DNA of 64,000 bases. Origin: Thalassobaculaceae bacterium (GTDB taxonomy: Bacteria > Pseudomonadota > Alphaproteobacteria > Thalassobaculales > Thalassobaculaceae). The stretch lies in the NCBI GenBank assembly GCA_965228875.1, contig OZ245843.1, positions 538,616-602,615 on the forward strand, given 5' to 3'. A program made the position numbers and the translations under genes. How positions within the stretch are numbered: the first letter of the stretch is position 1; the number at the start of each line of letters is the position of its first letter. Under the pieces are notes generated by a model, which saw only the letters and a program-made list of their open reading frames with translations, searched no databases and was not told where the DNA came from. This document shows positions 17,701-26,496 of this stretch, piece after piece.

Positions 17701-18685
17701 ACAGCAGGGGGTCCACGTCGATGTCGCAGGGAACGGACAGGAGGCGATCGACCGTCTGATGGCGGTCGGACCCGATCACTACGATGCGATCCTGATGGAT
17801 GTGCAGATGCCCGTCATGGACGGTCTGGACGCGACCCGGCGGATCAAGGGCGACCCGCGGTTCCGGGACGTGCCGATCATCGCCATGACCGCCCATGCCC
17901 TGGAGGCGGAGCGCGACCGATGCTTCGCCGCCGGCATGAACGATCACGTGGCGAAACCGCTGGACGAACAGAGACTCTTCGAATCCCTGGCCCGCCAGTG
18001 CAGGAACCGCCTCGGGGCGCGGAACTCCGAGCGTCCGGTCGCCACGGCCGCCCCGGTGTCGGCGCCGGAACCGGCGACAAGCGTCGATCTCGACCAACTG
18101 ACGACAATCGACGTCGCGGGGCTTCGGCGGGTGCTGCCTGACGATGCCTTGACCTCGCAGCTGCTCCTGAAGTTCCGCTCCGGACAGGCCGGCGTGCCCG
18201 AGGCGATCCGCGCGTCGCTCGTCGAGGGAAGCGGGGAGGAGGTTCGCCGTCTCGCCCACCAGATGCGCGGGGTCGCCGGCAATCTCAGGGCGATCGAGGT
18301 GCTCGAAGCCGCGAAGGCCCTGGAGCAGCATGTCGAACGTGACGGCATTGCCGATCGCGACGTGGTCGGCCCGCTCGTCCAGGCTCTCGCTGCCGCGCTC
18401 GAGGCCGTGATGGCGGACATCGACGGCGCCAGCCGGACCGCCGGACCGCCGGTCGGGTCGGGCGAGGGAGACGGTACTGTTGCGACCGTTTCGCCGGCGG
18501 AGATCGAAGGGCTGGCGCGGCAGCTGCGTTCCGGCGATATGGAGGCGGAAGACACGTGGGCCCGACTGGCGGCCGGGGTCCGCGCGCGAGACCCGGCCCT
18601 TGCCGACGCGGTCGCCGCCAGTATCGACGACCTCGACTATGCCGCCGCCGCGGAAAAGCTCGAACCCCTGTTAAGTCCGGTGTGA
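14768..18685 (+). CDS. Hybrid sensor histidine kinase: TM-periplasmic domain-TM-HAMP-GAF-HisKA-HATPase-REC-REC-Hpt
   Basis: GTG at 14768 lies 7 nt after GGAGG. The H-box is SHEIRTPLNGIIG, with N/G boxes NLCTNAIKFT, DTGVGM and GTGLGL. The two receiver domains contain LMDWMMPGLDG and LMDVQMPVMDG. The Hpt motif is HQMRGVAGNL. Confidence 0.92.
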   Translation: MRFSLRTLAIGLAGLLVLAGAIGIGATAWMNHRVVETQERWHAYRDASSLRARSLVEITDRLGYGGAIHHLLNFVLRGDARYHDDLMLDLNAVRAAIHRYQAVDSSPAERVALGEIEDLVETLVDRSELAQIMRAYGAAPKAIGRSMSLWTPGALEALATLDEAVAAGRALRTGQTTKLETLRELRRHIGFGGMIDFFKKLALLGDTAFAPLSRRGAELGLETISRYRGMGVNALERFALSTIESTIEQYETATDVARAMAEDGASALEIDAAVVVDDAPALAAFAVLEREIAREADRLIQQIESDLARVSRLADMLVVLFSVGAGLLSLTIAGVLINSVQRPLSTIADAMVRIPEGDLAPIGAVERRLREVADLAASLDVFRRYASELDKTASILQQFQSLSTDATLSIDERVERILQLGINHFRTDLGSASATHSGRYVVQRSVGKGVTRSSGTSFDLETTYCVHTLAAGHALAFHDITETEFADALCFRTFGRKTYIGAPVIVEGEVYGTINFSSLEARDLPFTKSDMVLVEMMGRWLGMEIERQKAMQRLADARDAAEEGTRAKSAFLANMSHEIRTPLNGIIGLSRLLAQTPLSYKQRDYTRKVLFSSENLLGIINDILDFSKIEAGQLAIESTDFRLLDVIEGVSAIVAPRAAEKDLEFLISVDPNTPQDLVGDPLRLGQILTNLCTNAIKFTEEGEIIVSVRAADVSDGRAELHFSVRDTGVGMTPEQISQIFRPFTQADVSTTRRFGGTGLGLTISKEFAERMDGRIWVESEHGVGSTFQFTVRLALSAGGEQLPPVLPSDLRDLRILVVDDNEMARLVIGDTLRSMGFEVDVASSGQAAIRRVCDDVGSLSYNVVLMDWMMPGLDGIETARKIREKLGDGPHPDTILVSAYMPDEGLMEQAGADLSGYVAKPVNQSSLFDAIASAIGARSGLSYSRATEPALSAEIGGLVVLLAEDNEINQEVAVSVLEQQGVHVDVAGNGQEAIDRLMAVGPDHYDAILMDVQMPVMDGLDATRRIKGDPRFRDVPIIAMTAHALEAERDRCFAAGMNDHVAKPLDEQRLFESLARQCRNRLGARNSERPVATAAPVSAPEPATSVDLDQLTTIDVAGLRRVLPDDALTSQLLLKFRSGQAGVPEAIRASLVEGSGEEVRRLAHQMRGVAGNLRAIEVLEAAKALEQHVERDGIADRDVVGPLVQALAAALEAVMADIDGASRTAGPPVGSGEGDGTVATVSPAEIEGLARQLRSGDMEAEDTWARLAAGVRARDPALADAVAASIDDLDYAAAAEKLEPLLSPV

Positions 18686-18698
18686 CCTGGAGAGCCCG

Positions 18699-19628
18699 AT
18701 GCTCAAAGAACTGGACACCTCGACGTCCCGCCTGCTCATCGTCGACGATGCCCGCGAGAACGTCCGCGTGCTCGCAAGTATTCTGAAGGACGAGGCGGCG
18801 GTCTCGTTCTCGCTCGGCGGCGAGGATGCCCTGGCGAAGGCCTCCGCCACGCTGCCGGATCTGATTCTGCTCGATATCGAGATGCCGGACATGGACGGTC
18901 ACGAGGTCATCCGCCGGTTGAAGGCGGATCCGCGGACGGCGCCGATCCCGGTGATCTTCGTGACCAGCCATTCCGATGCCGCCGACGAGGAGGAGGGGCT
19001 GCGGCTGGGCGCGATCGACTACATCACCAAGCCTTACAATCCGGCCATCGTGCGCGTGCGGGTGCGCAACCAGCTCATGATCCGGGCCTACGCCAAACAA
19101 CTCGAATCGTTCAATGCCGAGCTCGAGCGGCTGGCGGCGACGGATCCACTGACCGGCATCGCCAATCGTCGCGCGTTCCGCGAGCGGGCGACGGCCGAGT
19201 TGCGTCGGATCGACCGTTACGGGGGCGAGGCGTGCCTGCTGATGATGGACCTGGACCACTTCAAGCAGATTAACGATTCCTATGGGCACGATGCCGGCGA
19301 CGCCGTGCTGCTCGCCGTGGTGGAGCGGGTCCGCACGCATCTGCGGGAGACCGACGTGTTCGGTCGTCTGGGCGGTGAGGAGTTCGCAATTCTGGCGACC
19401 CAGACGGCGCTCGCGTACGGGACCCAGGTGGCCGAACGGATCGTCGCGCTGATCCGCGACGAACCGGTGCGCTGGAACGGGCTTGAGATCCCGGTCACGA
19501 CCAGTATCGGGATGACCGCACTGGGCGAAGGCGACGGATCGATCGACGCCGCGCTCGCCCGGGCCGACGAGGCGCTCTACAGTAGCAAGGACGGCGGGCG
19601 GGATCAGGTTCAGATCCTGGCGGCCTGA
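18699..19628 (+). CDS. Response regulator with GGDEF output (diguanylate cyclase, PleD/WspR-like)
   Basis: The REC domain contains LLIVDD...LILLDIEMPDMDG...ITKP. The active site GGEEF is intact and an RxxD I-site (RETD) lies 5 residues upstream. The gene starts 13 nt after the hybrid kinase gene. Confidence 0.92.
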   Translation: MLKELDTSTSRLLIVDDARENVRVLASILKDEAAVSFSLGGEDALAKASATLPDLILLDIEMPDMDGHEVIRRLKADPRTAPIPVIFVTSHSDAADEEEGLRLGAIDYITKPYNPAIVRVRVRNQLMIRAYAKQLESFNAELERLAATDPLTGIANRRAFRERATAELRRIDRYGGEACLLMMDLDHFKQINDSYGHDAGDAVLLAVVERVRTHLRETDVFGRLGGEEFAILATQTALAYGTQVAERIVALIRDEPVRWNGLEIPVTTSIGMTALGEGDGSIDAALARADEALYSSKDGGRDQVQILAA

Positions 19629-19834
19629 AACGGCGGGGTCATCGTCCGCGCCATCCTCATGTCCGGCGATGTTGCTGTGCAGCATCGGTCGGATCCGTCG
19701 TCTCTCCTGCGATAACTCAACGAATCTGCAAGCTTATTGCACCCCCGGCGGGAGTGCGGCAGCATTGCCGTGCCACGGTGCACAAAACGGATCCGTGCGT
19801 CAGATAATGAGTTGATAGGGACAGGGGTGGTGTC

Positions 19835-20866
19835 ATGAACAAGACTATGGCGATGGCCCGGGCCGGCTGGACCCGGCGCGGCGTGCTGGGCGCGTCCGGA
19901 GCGGCGATGGCCGCCGGGCTGCTGGCGAAACCGTCGGGCCTCTTCGCGGCGGAGCCGATCAAGACGGCCGGCATCTACACGGTTCCGGTGGAGCAGCAGT
20001 GGGTGAGCCGGATCCACAAGGCCGCCGAGGCGGCGCAGGCGGCCGGAGAGGTCACCTACACGTTCTCCGAAAACACGGCCAACACCGACTACCCGCGGGT
20101 GATGCGCGAATATGCCGAGCAGGGCGTGAAGCTGATCGTCGGCGAGATCTTCGGCGTCGAGCAGGAGGCCCGCGAGGTCACCCTGGAGTATCCGGACGTG
20201 GCCTTCCTCATGGGCTCCAGCTTCCTCGACGACCCCGCCTATCCGAACCTGTCGGTGTTCGACAACTACATCCAGGACGCGTCCTATCTTTCCGGAATCA
20301 TCGCCGGCGCGATGACCGAGTCGGGCAACATCGGCATGGTCGGCGGATTCCCGATTCCCGAGGTGAACCGCCTGATGCACGCCTTCATGGCCGGTGCGAA
20401 GGAGATGAAGCCGGACATCACCTTCCAGGTGAGCTTCATCGGCTCCTGGTTCGATCCGCCGAAGGCCAAGGAGACCGCCTTCGCGATGATCGAGAACGGC
20501 GCCGACCTGCTCTATGCCGAGCGTTTCGGCGTGTCCGACGCGGCGCAAGAGAAGGGCATTCTCGCCATCGGCAACGTGATCGACACCCAGCCGGAATACC
20601 CGGACACGGTGGTCGCGTCCGCCCTCTGGCATTTCGAGCCGACGTTCAACGCCGCGCTCGCCAAGGTGAAGGCGGGCGCCTTCAAGGCGGAGAACTACGG
20701 CGTCTACTCCTTCATGAAGGAGGGCGGCTGCTCGCTCGCGCCGCTCGGTACGTTCGAAGGCAAGGTGCCGGAGGCGGCCCTGGCACTGGTGAAGGAGCGC
20801 GAGGCGGCGATCAAGGCCGGGACCTACACCGTCGCGATCAACGACGAAGAACCGAAGTCGAGCTGA
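19835..20866 (+). CDS. BMP-family (basic membrane protein / nucleoside-type) ABC transporter substrate-binding protein
   Basis: The Tat-like signal is MNKTMAMARAGWTRRGVLGASGAAMAAG. BMP-family blocks are GSWFDPPKAKE and IGNVIDTQ. Confidence 0.85.
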   Translation: MNKTMAMARAGWTRRGVLGASGAAMAAGLLAKPSGLFAAEPIKTAGIYTVPVEQQWVSRIHKAAEAAQAAGEVTYTFSENTANTDYPRVMREYAEQGVKLIVGEIFGVEQEAREVTLEYPDVAFLMGSSFLDDPAYPNLSVFDNYIQDASYLSGIIAGAMTESGNIGMVGGFPIPEVNRLMHAFMAGAKEMKPDITFQVSFIGSWFDPPKAKETAFAMIENGADLLYAERFGVSDAAQEKGILAIGNVIDTQPEYPDTVVASALWHFEPTFNAALAKVKAGAFKAENYGVYSFMKEGGCSLAPLGTFEGKVPEAALALVKEREAAIKAGTYTVAINDEEPKSS

Positions 20867-22416
20867 TGCCGTCGACGGAGGAGGCGCAGGTCGTCCTGCG
20901 CCTCCGCGACATCACCAAGCGGTTCGGGCCGCTCACCGCCAATGACGCGATCTCGTTCGACCTGCGTGCGGGCGAGGTGATCGCGCTTCTCGGTGAGAAC
21001 GGCGCGGGCAAGACGACCCTGATGAACATCCTGTTCGGCCACTACACGGCCGACGAGGGAGATATCGAGGCGTTCGGCCACACCCTGCCGCCTGGAAACC
21101 CGCGGGCCGCGCTGGAGGCCGGGGTCGGCATGGTGCACCAGCACTTCACATTGGCCGACAACCTGTCGGTCCTGGACAACATCGTCCTCGGCACGGAGCC
21201 GCTGTGGCGTCCGCGTTCCGACCGCAGGGCGGCGCGGGCGCGCATCGCCCAGCTCAGCCGCGATTTCGGCCTCGCCGTGCATCCGGACGCCAAGGCCGGC
21301 ACCCTCAGCGTCGGCGAGCGCCAGCGGGTGGAGATCCTGAAGGCGCTGTACCGCGACGCCCGCATCCTGATCCTGGACGAGCCGACGGCCGTGCTGACGC
21401 CGCAGGAGACGGACGACCTGTTCGCCACCCTGCGCAAGGCGGTGGCGCGCGGCCTGTCGATCATCTTCATCTCTCACAAGATGCACGAGGTGCTGGCCAT
21501 CTCGTCGCGCGTGCTGGTGCTGCGCCATGGCAAGCTGGTCGGCGAGGTGGCGACGCAAGACACCGACCGCCACCAACTCGCCCATATGATGGTCGGCTCG
21601 GAGATCGAGGCTCCTGAGGTCGGCGGCGCCGAACCGGGCGAGGTGCTGCTGCGGCTGTGCGAGGTCACGACCCTCCCGGTCGGTAATGCCGTCGGGCTGC
21701 GTTCCTTCTCCCTGGACCTGCGGGCGGGGCAGATCACCGGACTGGCCGGCGTGTCCGGCAACGGGCAGGCGGCCCTGGCCGACCTGATCGCCGGCGAGAC
21801 GGTCCCGGCCTCCGGCACGGTTGAGGTGGCGGGCGAGGCGATCGGCGACTGGACGCCGCGCGCCGCACTCGACGCCCGGATCGGCCGCATCCCGGAGGAC
21901 CGGCACAAGACCGGCACCATCTCCGATTTCTCGCTGGCCGAGAACGCGGTGCTGGAAGGCTATGCCGGCCCGCCGTTCTCCAGGCGTGGCTGGTTCGATT
22001 GGAAGGCGGTCGACGGCCACACGAGGGCGATCATCGAGCGCTATGACGTCCGCTGTCCCGGGCCGGACGCGCGTATCCGCCTGCTGTCCGGCGGCAACAT
22101 GCAGAAGCTGATCCTCGGCCGGGCGCTGGAAGCCGAGCCGAAGATCATCCTCGCCGTCCAGCCGGTGCGCGGTCTCGACATCGGCGCGGTGACGTATGTC
22201 CAGAACCGGCTGATCGAGGCGCGGGATTCCGGCGCCGCGGTGCTGCTGATCTCGGAGGACCTGGACGAGATCCTGACCCTGGCCGACGTCATCCACGTGA
22301 TCTCCGAGGGGCGTCTGTCACCGGCCTTCCCACGCGGCTCCATGACGCCGGCCGAACTGGGCGTTTGGATGGCGGGGCAGGGCTTCGAAGGGCGGGAGGA
22401 CGGCCATGCGGCTTGA
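20866..22416 (+). CDS. ABC transporter ATP-binding protein, duplicated NBD
   Basis: The ATG overlaps the SBP stop codon (TGATG). Walker A is GENGAGKTT and the signature is LSVGERQRVEI. The second NBD has GVSGNGQ and LSGGNMQKL. Confidence 0.92.
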   Translation: MPSTEEAQVVLRLRDITKRFGPLTANDAISFDLRAGEVIALLGENGAGKTTLMNILFGHYTADEGDIEAFGHTLPPGNPRAALEAGVGMVHQHFTLADNLSVLDNIVLGTEPLWRPRSDRRAARARIAQLSRDFGLAVHPDAKAGTLSVGERQRVEILKALYRDARILILDEPTAVLTPQETDDLFATLRKAVARGLSIIFISHKMHEVLAISSRVLVLRHGKLVGEVATQDTDRHQLAHMMVGSEIEAPEVGGAEPGEVLLRLCEVTTLPVGNAVGLRSFSLDLRAGQITGLAGVSGNGQAALADLIAGETVPASGTVEVAGEAIGDWTPRAALDARIGRIPEDRHKTGTISDFSLAENAVLEGYAGPPFSRRGWFDWKAVDGHTRAIIERYDVRCPGPDARIRLLSGGNMQKLILGRALEAEPKIILAVQPVRGLDIGAVTYVQNRLIEARDSGAAVLLISEDLDEILTLADVIHVISEGRLSPAFPRGSMTPAELGVWMAGQGFEGREDGHAA

Positions 22417-23455
22417 GCCGGTCGCCGACCCCGGATGGCTTCGTACCCTAGGGCTGCCTGCGCTGGCGCTTGCCGGTACGGTGGCGATCGCCATGGCCCT
22501 GGCCCTGGTCGCCGGCTCCAACCCCTTGGCGGTGCTCGGCCTGATCGTCAAAGGGGCGGTCGGCTCGAAGTTCGCGCTGCTGGAGACGCTGAACCGGGCG
22601 ACGCCGCTGATCTTCACCGGCCTCGCCGTCGCGGTCGCCTTTCGCGCCAAGCTCTGGAACATCGGGGCGGAGGCGCAGCTCTACATGGGGGCGCTGCTGG
22701 CGGTGGTGCTGGGCACCGGCCTGTTGCCGCTGCCGTCCTTCCTGCTGATCCCTCTCCTGATGATTGCCGCGATCGTCGGCGGGGCGCTCATGCTGCTCGG
22801 TCCGGCCTTTCTTAAGATGCGAATGGGCGTGGACGAGGTGGTGACCACGCTGCTGCTCAACTTCGTGATGATCCTCTTCGTCTCCATGCTGCTGGAGGGG
22901 CCGATGAAGGACCCGATGGGCATGGGCTGGCCGAAATCGGAGCGGCTTGTGGCCGACGCGCGCCTGCCGCGCATCGCCACCGGTCTGCGGTTGCACTGGG
23001 GCTTCGGCATCGCGCTCGTCTGCGCACTCGCGGTCTGGGTGATGCAGGTCCGCACCACGCTCGGCTACGAGATCCGCGCGGTCGGCCTGAACCGGAGGGC
23101 CGCAGCCTTCGCCGGCATTCCGGTCACCGCCGTTGTCATCAAAACGGCGCTGATTTCCGGCGGTCTCGCCGGTCTCGCCGGCTTCTCCGAGGTGGCCGGG
23201 CTCAAGGGTAGCCTGACCTTGGATCTCAGCCCGGGCTTCGGCTACACCGGCATCGTCGTCGCCATGCTGGCGCTGCTGCACCCGCTCGGCGTCGTGATCT
23301 CGGCCCTGTTCGTCGCCGGCGTGTTTGTCGGCGCCGACAGCATGAGCCGGGCCGCCGAGGTTCCGACCTACATCGCCGACATCCTGCTCGCCTCGGCGCT
23401 GCTGCTGATGGTGCTTGCGATCATGCTGACGCGCTTCCGCGTGGTGAGGGGGTAG
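22406..23455 (+). CDS. ABC transporter permease
   Basis: A 349-aa polytopic membrane protein that overlaps the ATPase gene by 11 nt. Confidence 0.88.
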   Translation: MRLEPVADPGWLRTLGLPALALAGTVAIAMALALVAGSNPLAVLGLIVKGAVGSKFALLETLNRATPLIFTGLAVAVAFRAKLWNIGAEAQLYMGALLAVVLGTGLLPLPSFLLIPLLMIAAIVGGALMLLGPAFLKMRMGVDEVVTTLLLNFVMILFVSMLLEGPMKDPMGMGWPKSERLVADARLPRIATGLRLHWGFGIALVCALAVWVMQVRTTLGYEIRAVGLNRRAAAFAGIPVTAVVIKTALISGGLAGLAGFSEVAGLKGSLTLDLSPGFGYTGIVVAMLALLHPLGVVISALFVAGVFVGADSMSRAAEVPTYIADILLASALLLMVLAIMLTRFRVVRG

Positions 23456-23458
23456 GCG

Positions 23459-24403
23459 GTGGAGGTCTTCGACATCCTCGTCTCGGCCAGCTTCTGGGCG
23501 GCCGCCGTGCGGATCGCCAGCCCGCTGATCTTCGCCACCCTGGGCGAACTGATCTGCGAGCGCGCCGGCGTCCTGAACCTCGGCATCGAGGGAATCATGG
23601 TGGTCGGCGCCTTCGCCGGCTGGATGGCGGTCTATTCCGGAACGGATCTCTGGGTCGGGGTCGGCGTGGCCATGGCGGCGGGCATGCTCTTCGGCCTGCT
23701 GCACGCGATCCTGTCCGTGCCGTTCGGCCTCAGCCAGCACGTGGTCGGTCTCGGGATCACCCTCCTGGCCACCGCCTCCACGTATTTCGCCTACCGCATC
23801 GCCCTGCCGCAGGTGACCAACCCGCCGCGGATCGAGGCGTTCAAGGAATTGCCGATCCCCCTGCTCTCCGACATCCCGGTCATCGGTCCCGCTCTGTTCG
23901 CCCAGACGCCGCTGACGTATCTGGCCTTCGTCACGGCCGCCGTGGTCGCCTTCGTGCTGTATCGCACACCGCTGGGCCTGGCGGTGCGCGCCGTCGGCGA
24001 GAACCCGCATTCGGTCGAGGCCCAGGGCCTGTCCGTCACCGCCTTGCGCATGGGCGCGGTGGTGGTCGGCTCCGGCCTGATGGCGGTGGGCGGCGCCTTC
24101 CTGACCATGTCGGCCTTCAATTCGTTCTTCTTCGAGATGGTCAACGGGCGCGGCTGGATCTGCATCGCCCTGGTGGTGTTCGGTGCCTGGAAGCCGGGCA
24201 AGGCCCTGCTCGGCGCGCTGCTGTTCGCGGCATTCGATGCTCTGCAGATCCGTCTGCAGCAGACCTCGCTGGGGGCCGATATTCCCTACCAGATCTTCCT
24301 GATGATGCCGTATCTCCTGTCGATCCTGGCGCTGGTGGTGATGTCGCGTCGGGCCGAAGTACCCGCGGCCCTGATGGTGCCGTTCAACAGGGGAGAGCGC
24401 TGA
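23459..24403 (+). CDS. ABC transporter permease (second subunit)
   Basis: GTG start 3 nt after the previous stop. The translation begins MEVFDILVSASFWAAAVRIASPLIFATLGELICERAGVLNLGIEG. Confidence 0.88.
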   Translation: MEVFDILVSASFWAAAVRIASPLIFATLGELICERAGVLNLGIEGIMVVGAFAGWMAVYSGTDLWVGVGVAMAAGMLFGLLHAILSVPFGLSQHVVGLGITLLATASTYFAYRIALPQVTNPPRIEAFKELPIPLLSDIPVIGPALFAQTPLTYLAFVTAAVVAFVLYRTPLGLAVRAVGENPHSVEAQGLSVTALRMGAVVVGSGLMAVGGAFLTMSAFNSFFFEMVNGRGWICIALVVFGAWKPGKALLGALLFAAFDALQIRLQQTSLGADIPYQIFLMMPYLLSILALVVMSRRAEVPAALMVPFNRGER

Positions 24404-24404
24404 G

Positions 24405-25685
24405 ATGTTCAATATCGTCGTGAAGGGCGGCACCCTACCGGACGGTCGGGTCGCCGATATCGGGATCCGCGACGGCCGCATCGTGGCGATGGAGCGGCTG
24501 GACGACGGCGTCGAGGCCGGGGAGGTGATCGACGCCGCGGGCGACCTGGTCAGTCCGCCGTTCGTCGACCCGCACTTCCACATGGACGCCACGCTGAGCT
24601 ACGGCCTGCCGCGGATCAACGCGTCGGGCACCCTGCTGGAGGGCATCGCGCTCTGGGGCGAGCTGAAACAGATGATGACCGTCGACGAGGTCAAGGAGCG
24701 CGCGCTCGCCTACTGCGACTGGGCGGCCAGTCTCGGCCTCCTGGCGATCCGCAGCCACGTCGATACGTGCGACGACCGGCTGCTCGGGGTCGAGGCGCTG
24801 CTCGACGTGCGCGAGGCAGTTAAGGGCTACATCAACCTGCAGCTCGTCGCCTTCCCCCAGGACGGGCTGTACCGCGACCCGACCGCCTATGCGAACACGG
24901 TCCGTGCTCTGGACATGGGCGTCGACGTGGTCGGCGGCATTCCGCATTTCGAGCGGACCATGGCCGACGGGGCCGCGTCCGTGACGGCACTCTGCGAGAT
25001 TGCCGCCGAACGCGGCCTGATGGTCGACATGCATTGCGACGAGACCGACGATCCGATGTCGCGCCATATCGAGATGCTGGCCTACGAGACCCAGCGGCTC
25101 GGTCTGCAGGGACGGGTGGCCGGCTCGCACCTGACCTCCATGCATTCCATGGACAACTACTACGTCTCCAAACTGCTGCCGCTGATGGCAGAGGCGCAGG
25201 TGGCCGCGATCCCCAACCCGCTGATCAACATCATGCTGCAGGGGCGTCACGACACCTTCCCGAAGCGCCGGGGCCTCACCCGGGTGAAGGAGATGCAGGC
25301 GCTCGGCATCACCGTCGGCTGGGGCCAGGACTGCGTGCGCGACCCGTGGTACTCGCTCGGCACCGGAGACATGCTGGACGTCGCCTTCATGGGCCTGCAC
25401 GTGGCGCAGATGAGCGCGCCGGAGGAGATGGCGCGCTGCTTCGACATGGTCACCACCGAAAGCGCGAGGATCATGAACCTCGACGGCTACGGTCTTGAGA
25501 TCGGGTCGGTCGCGTCGCTGGTTGTGCTGGATGCGGGCGACAGGACAGAGGCGGTGCGGCTGCGGCCGGCGCGGCTCTGCGTGATCGCCAAGGGGAAGGT
25601 CATCTCCCGCCAGGCCCGCAACGACGCAACGCTGTCCCTTCCCGGTCGTCCGGCGACGGTGCGGCGGCGACACCGGGCCGGGTGA
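24405..25685 (+). CDS. Cytosine deaminase-like amidohydrolase
   Basis: The sequence GDLVSPPFVDPHFHMDATL carries the HxH metal motif in the CodA context. Further blocks are VDMHCDETDD and GQDCVRDPWY. The gene is the last in the BMP-ABC operon. Confidence 0.8.
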   Translation: MFNIVVKGGTLPDGRVADIGIRDGRIVAMERLDDGVEAGEVIDAAGDLVSPPFVDPHFHMDATLSYGLPRINASGTLLEGIALWGELKQMMTVDEVKERALAYCDWAASLGLLAIRSHVDTCDDRLLGVEALLDVREAVKGYINLQLVAFPQDGLYRDPTAYANTVRALDMGVDVVGGIPHFERTMADGAASVTALCEIAAERGLMVDMHCDETDDPMSRHIEMLAYETQRLGLQGRVAGSHLTSMHSMDNYYVSKLLPLMAEAQVAAIPNPLINIMLQGRHDTFPKRRGLTRVKEMQALGITVGWGQDCVRDPWYSLGTGDMLDVAFMGLHVAQMSAPEEMARCFDMVTTESARIMNLDGYGLEIGSVASLVVLDAGDRTEAVRLRPARLCVIAKGKVISRQARNDATLSLPGRPATVRRRHRAG

Positions 25686-25742
25686 GGGGCGAACGCCTCC
25701 CGGTACCTGAACAGCGGCCGAAAGGAATTCGGTCCCGGGTGA

Positions 25743-26435
25743 TCAGGACGGGGCCGGTGTGGTCGGCGACAGGAACAGGGGGCCCGTAAGACCTTCCTTC
25801 GCGGCCGCCGCGAGGGCGGCCGGTCGCTCCTGCAGGCGGGTCAGCATCGCCACCACGTGCGGGAAGCGCTCGAGATCGGCGCGGGCGAGAACCGGATCGT
25901 CCGTTGCGTAGATCTGGGCCCAGCGCAGGCAGGCGGCGAGGTAGTAGTCGCAGACGCTGATCGCCTCGCCCAGGATCCACAAGCGTCCGTCGGCGAGCAG
26001 ATCGTCGTAGATTGCGACGCTCTCCAGGGTCTCGCGACCGCTCCATCGGGCCACGCCGGCCGATACCGTCGGCTCCTCTGAAACCCGGTCGGCGTAGAAC
26101 CCGAGGCGCAGGTAGGCATGCACCGTGTTGGACAGGTGAAACAGCCGGCGCAAATACTCTCCGCGACCGGCGGAATCCCCCGGACCGGGGCCGAGGCGCC
26201 CGTGCTTGTCCGTGAGGTAGAGCAGGATGGCCGCCGTTTCGGCGATCGGGATTTCCGTGTCGCGGTCGATCAGCACCGGCAGCAGGCCCGTCGGGTTCAG
26301 TCTGTGAAAGGCCGCGTCGCGCCCGGTCCGGCGGGACGGGACCAGATGGTCGTCGTAGTCGGCGCCGAGTTCCTCCAACGCGAACCGGATGACGAGGTTG
26401 GCGCTGTCGGGGCTGTAGAACAGGGTGTAGGACAT
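25743..26435 (-). CDS. Glutathione S-transferase family protein
   Basis: The thioredoxin-like N-domain is MSYTLFYSPDSANLVIRFALEELG...NPTGLLPVLIDRDTEIPIAETAAILLYL, followed by a helical C-domain. Confidence 0.8.
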   Translation of the reverse strand: MSYTLFYSPDSANLVIRFALEELGADYDDHLVPSRRTGRDAAFHRLNPTGLLPVLIDRDTEIPIAETAAILLYLTDKHGRLGPGPGDSAGRGEYLRRLFHLSNTVHAYLRLGFYADRVSEEPTVSAGVARWSGRETLESVAIYDDLLADGRLWILGEAISVCDYYLAACLRWAQIYATDDPVLARADLERFPHVVAMLTRLQERPAALAAAAKEGLTGPLFLSPTTPAPS

Positions 26436-26496
26436 CGGAGCGGGCCTGCGGGGAGTTGCGCTGCCGGTCGAGCCTGCGGCGATGATCCGGCGGCGT

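Noticed and set aside
15629-18331. A 900-aa ORF antisense to the hybrid histidine kinase.
   Set aside because: It is a shadow ORF typical of high-GC DNA. The translation is dominated by Arg, Gly, Asp, Pro, His and Leu runs with no recognisable motif, while the opposite strand encodes a complete multi-domain kinase.
22448-24592. A 714-aa minus-strand ORF across the two ABC permease genes. Similar long antisense ORFs occur at 46760-49117, 50717-52336, 8318-9646 and 37000-38160.
   Set aside because: All are compositional artefacts of about 67% GC DNA, where stop codons are rare in antisense frames. None shows a motif, an RBS or a sensible start context.
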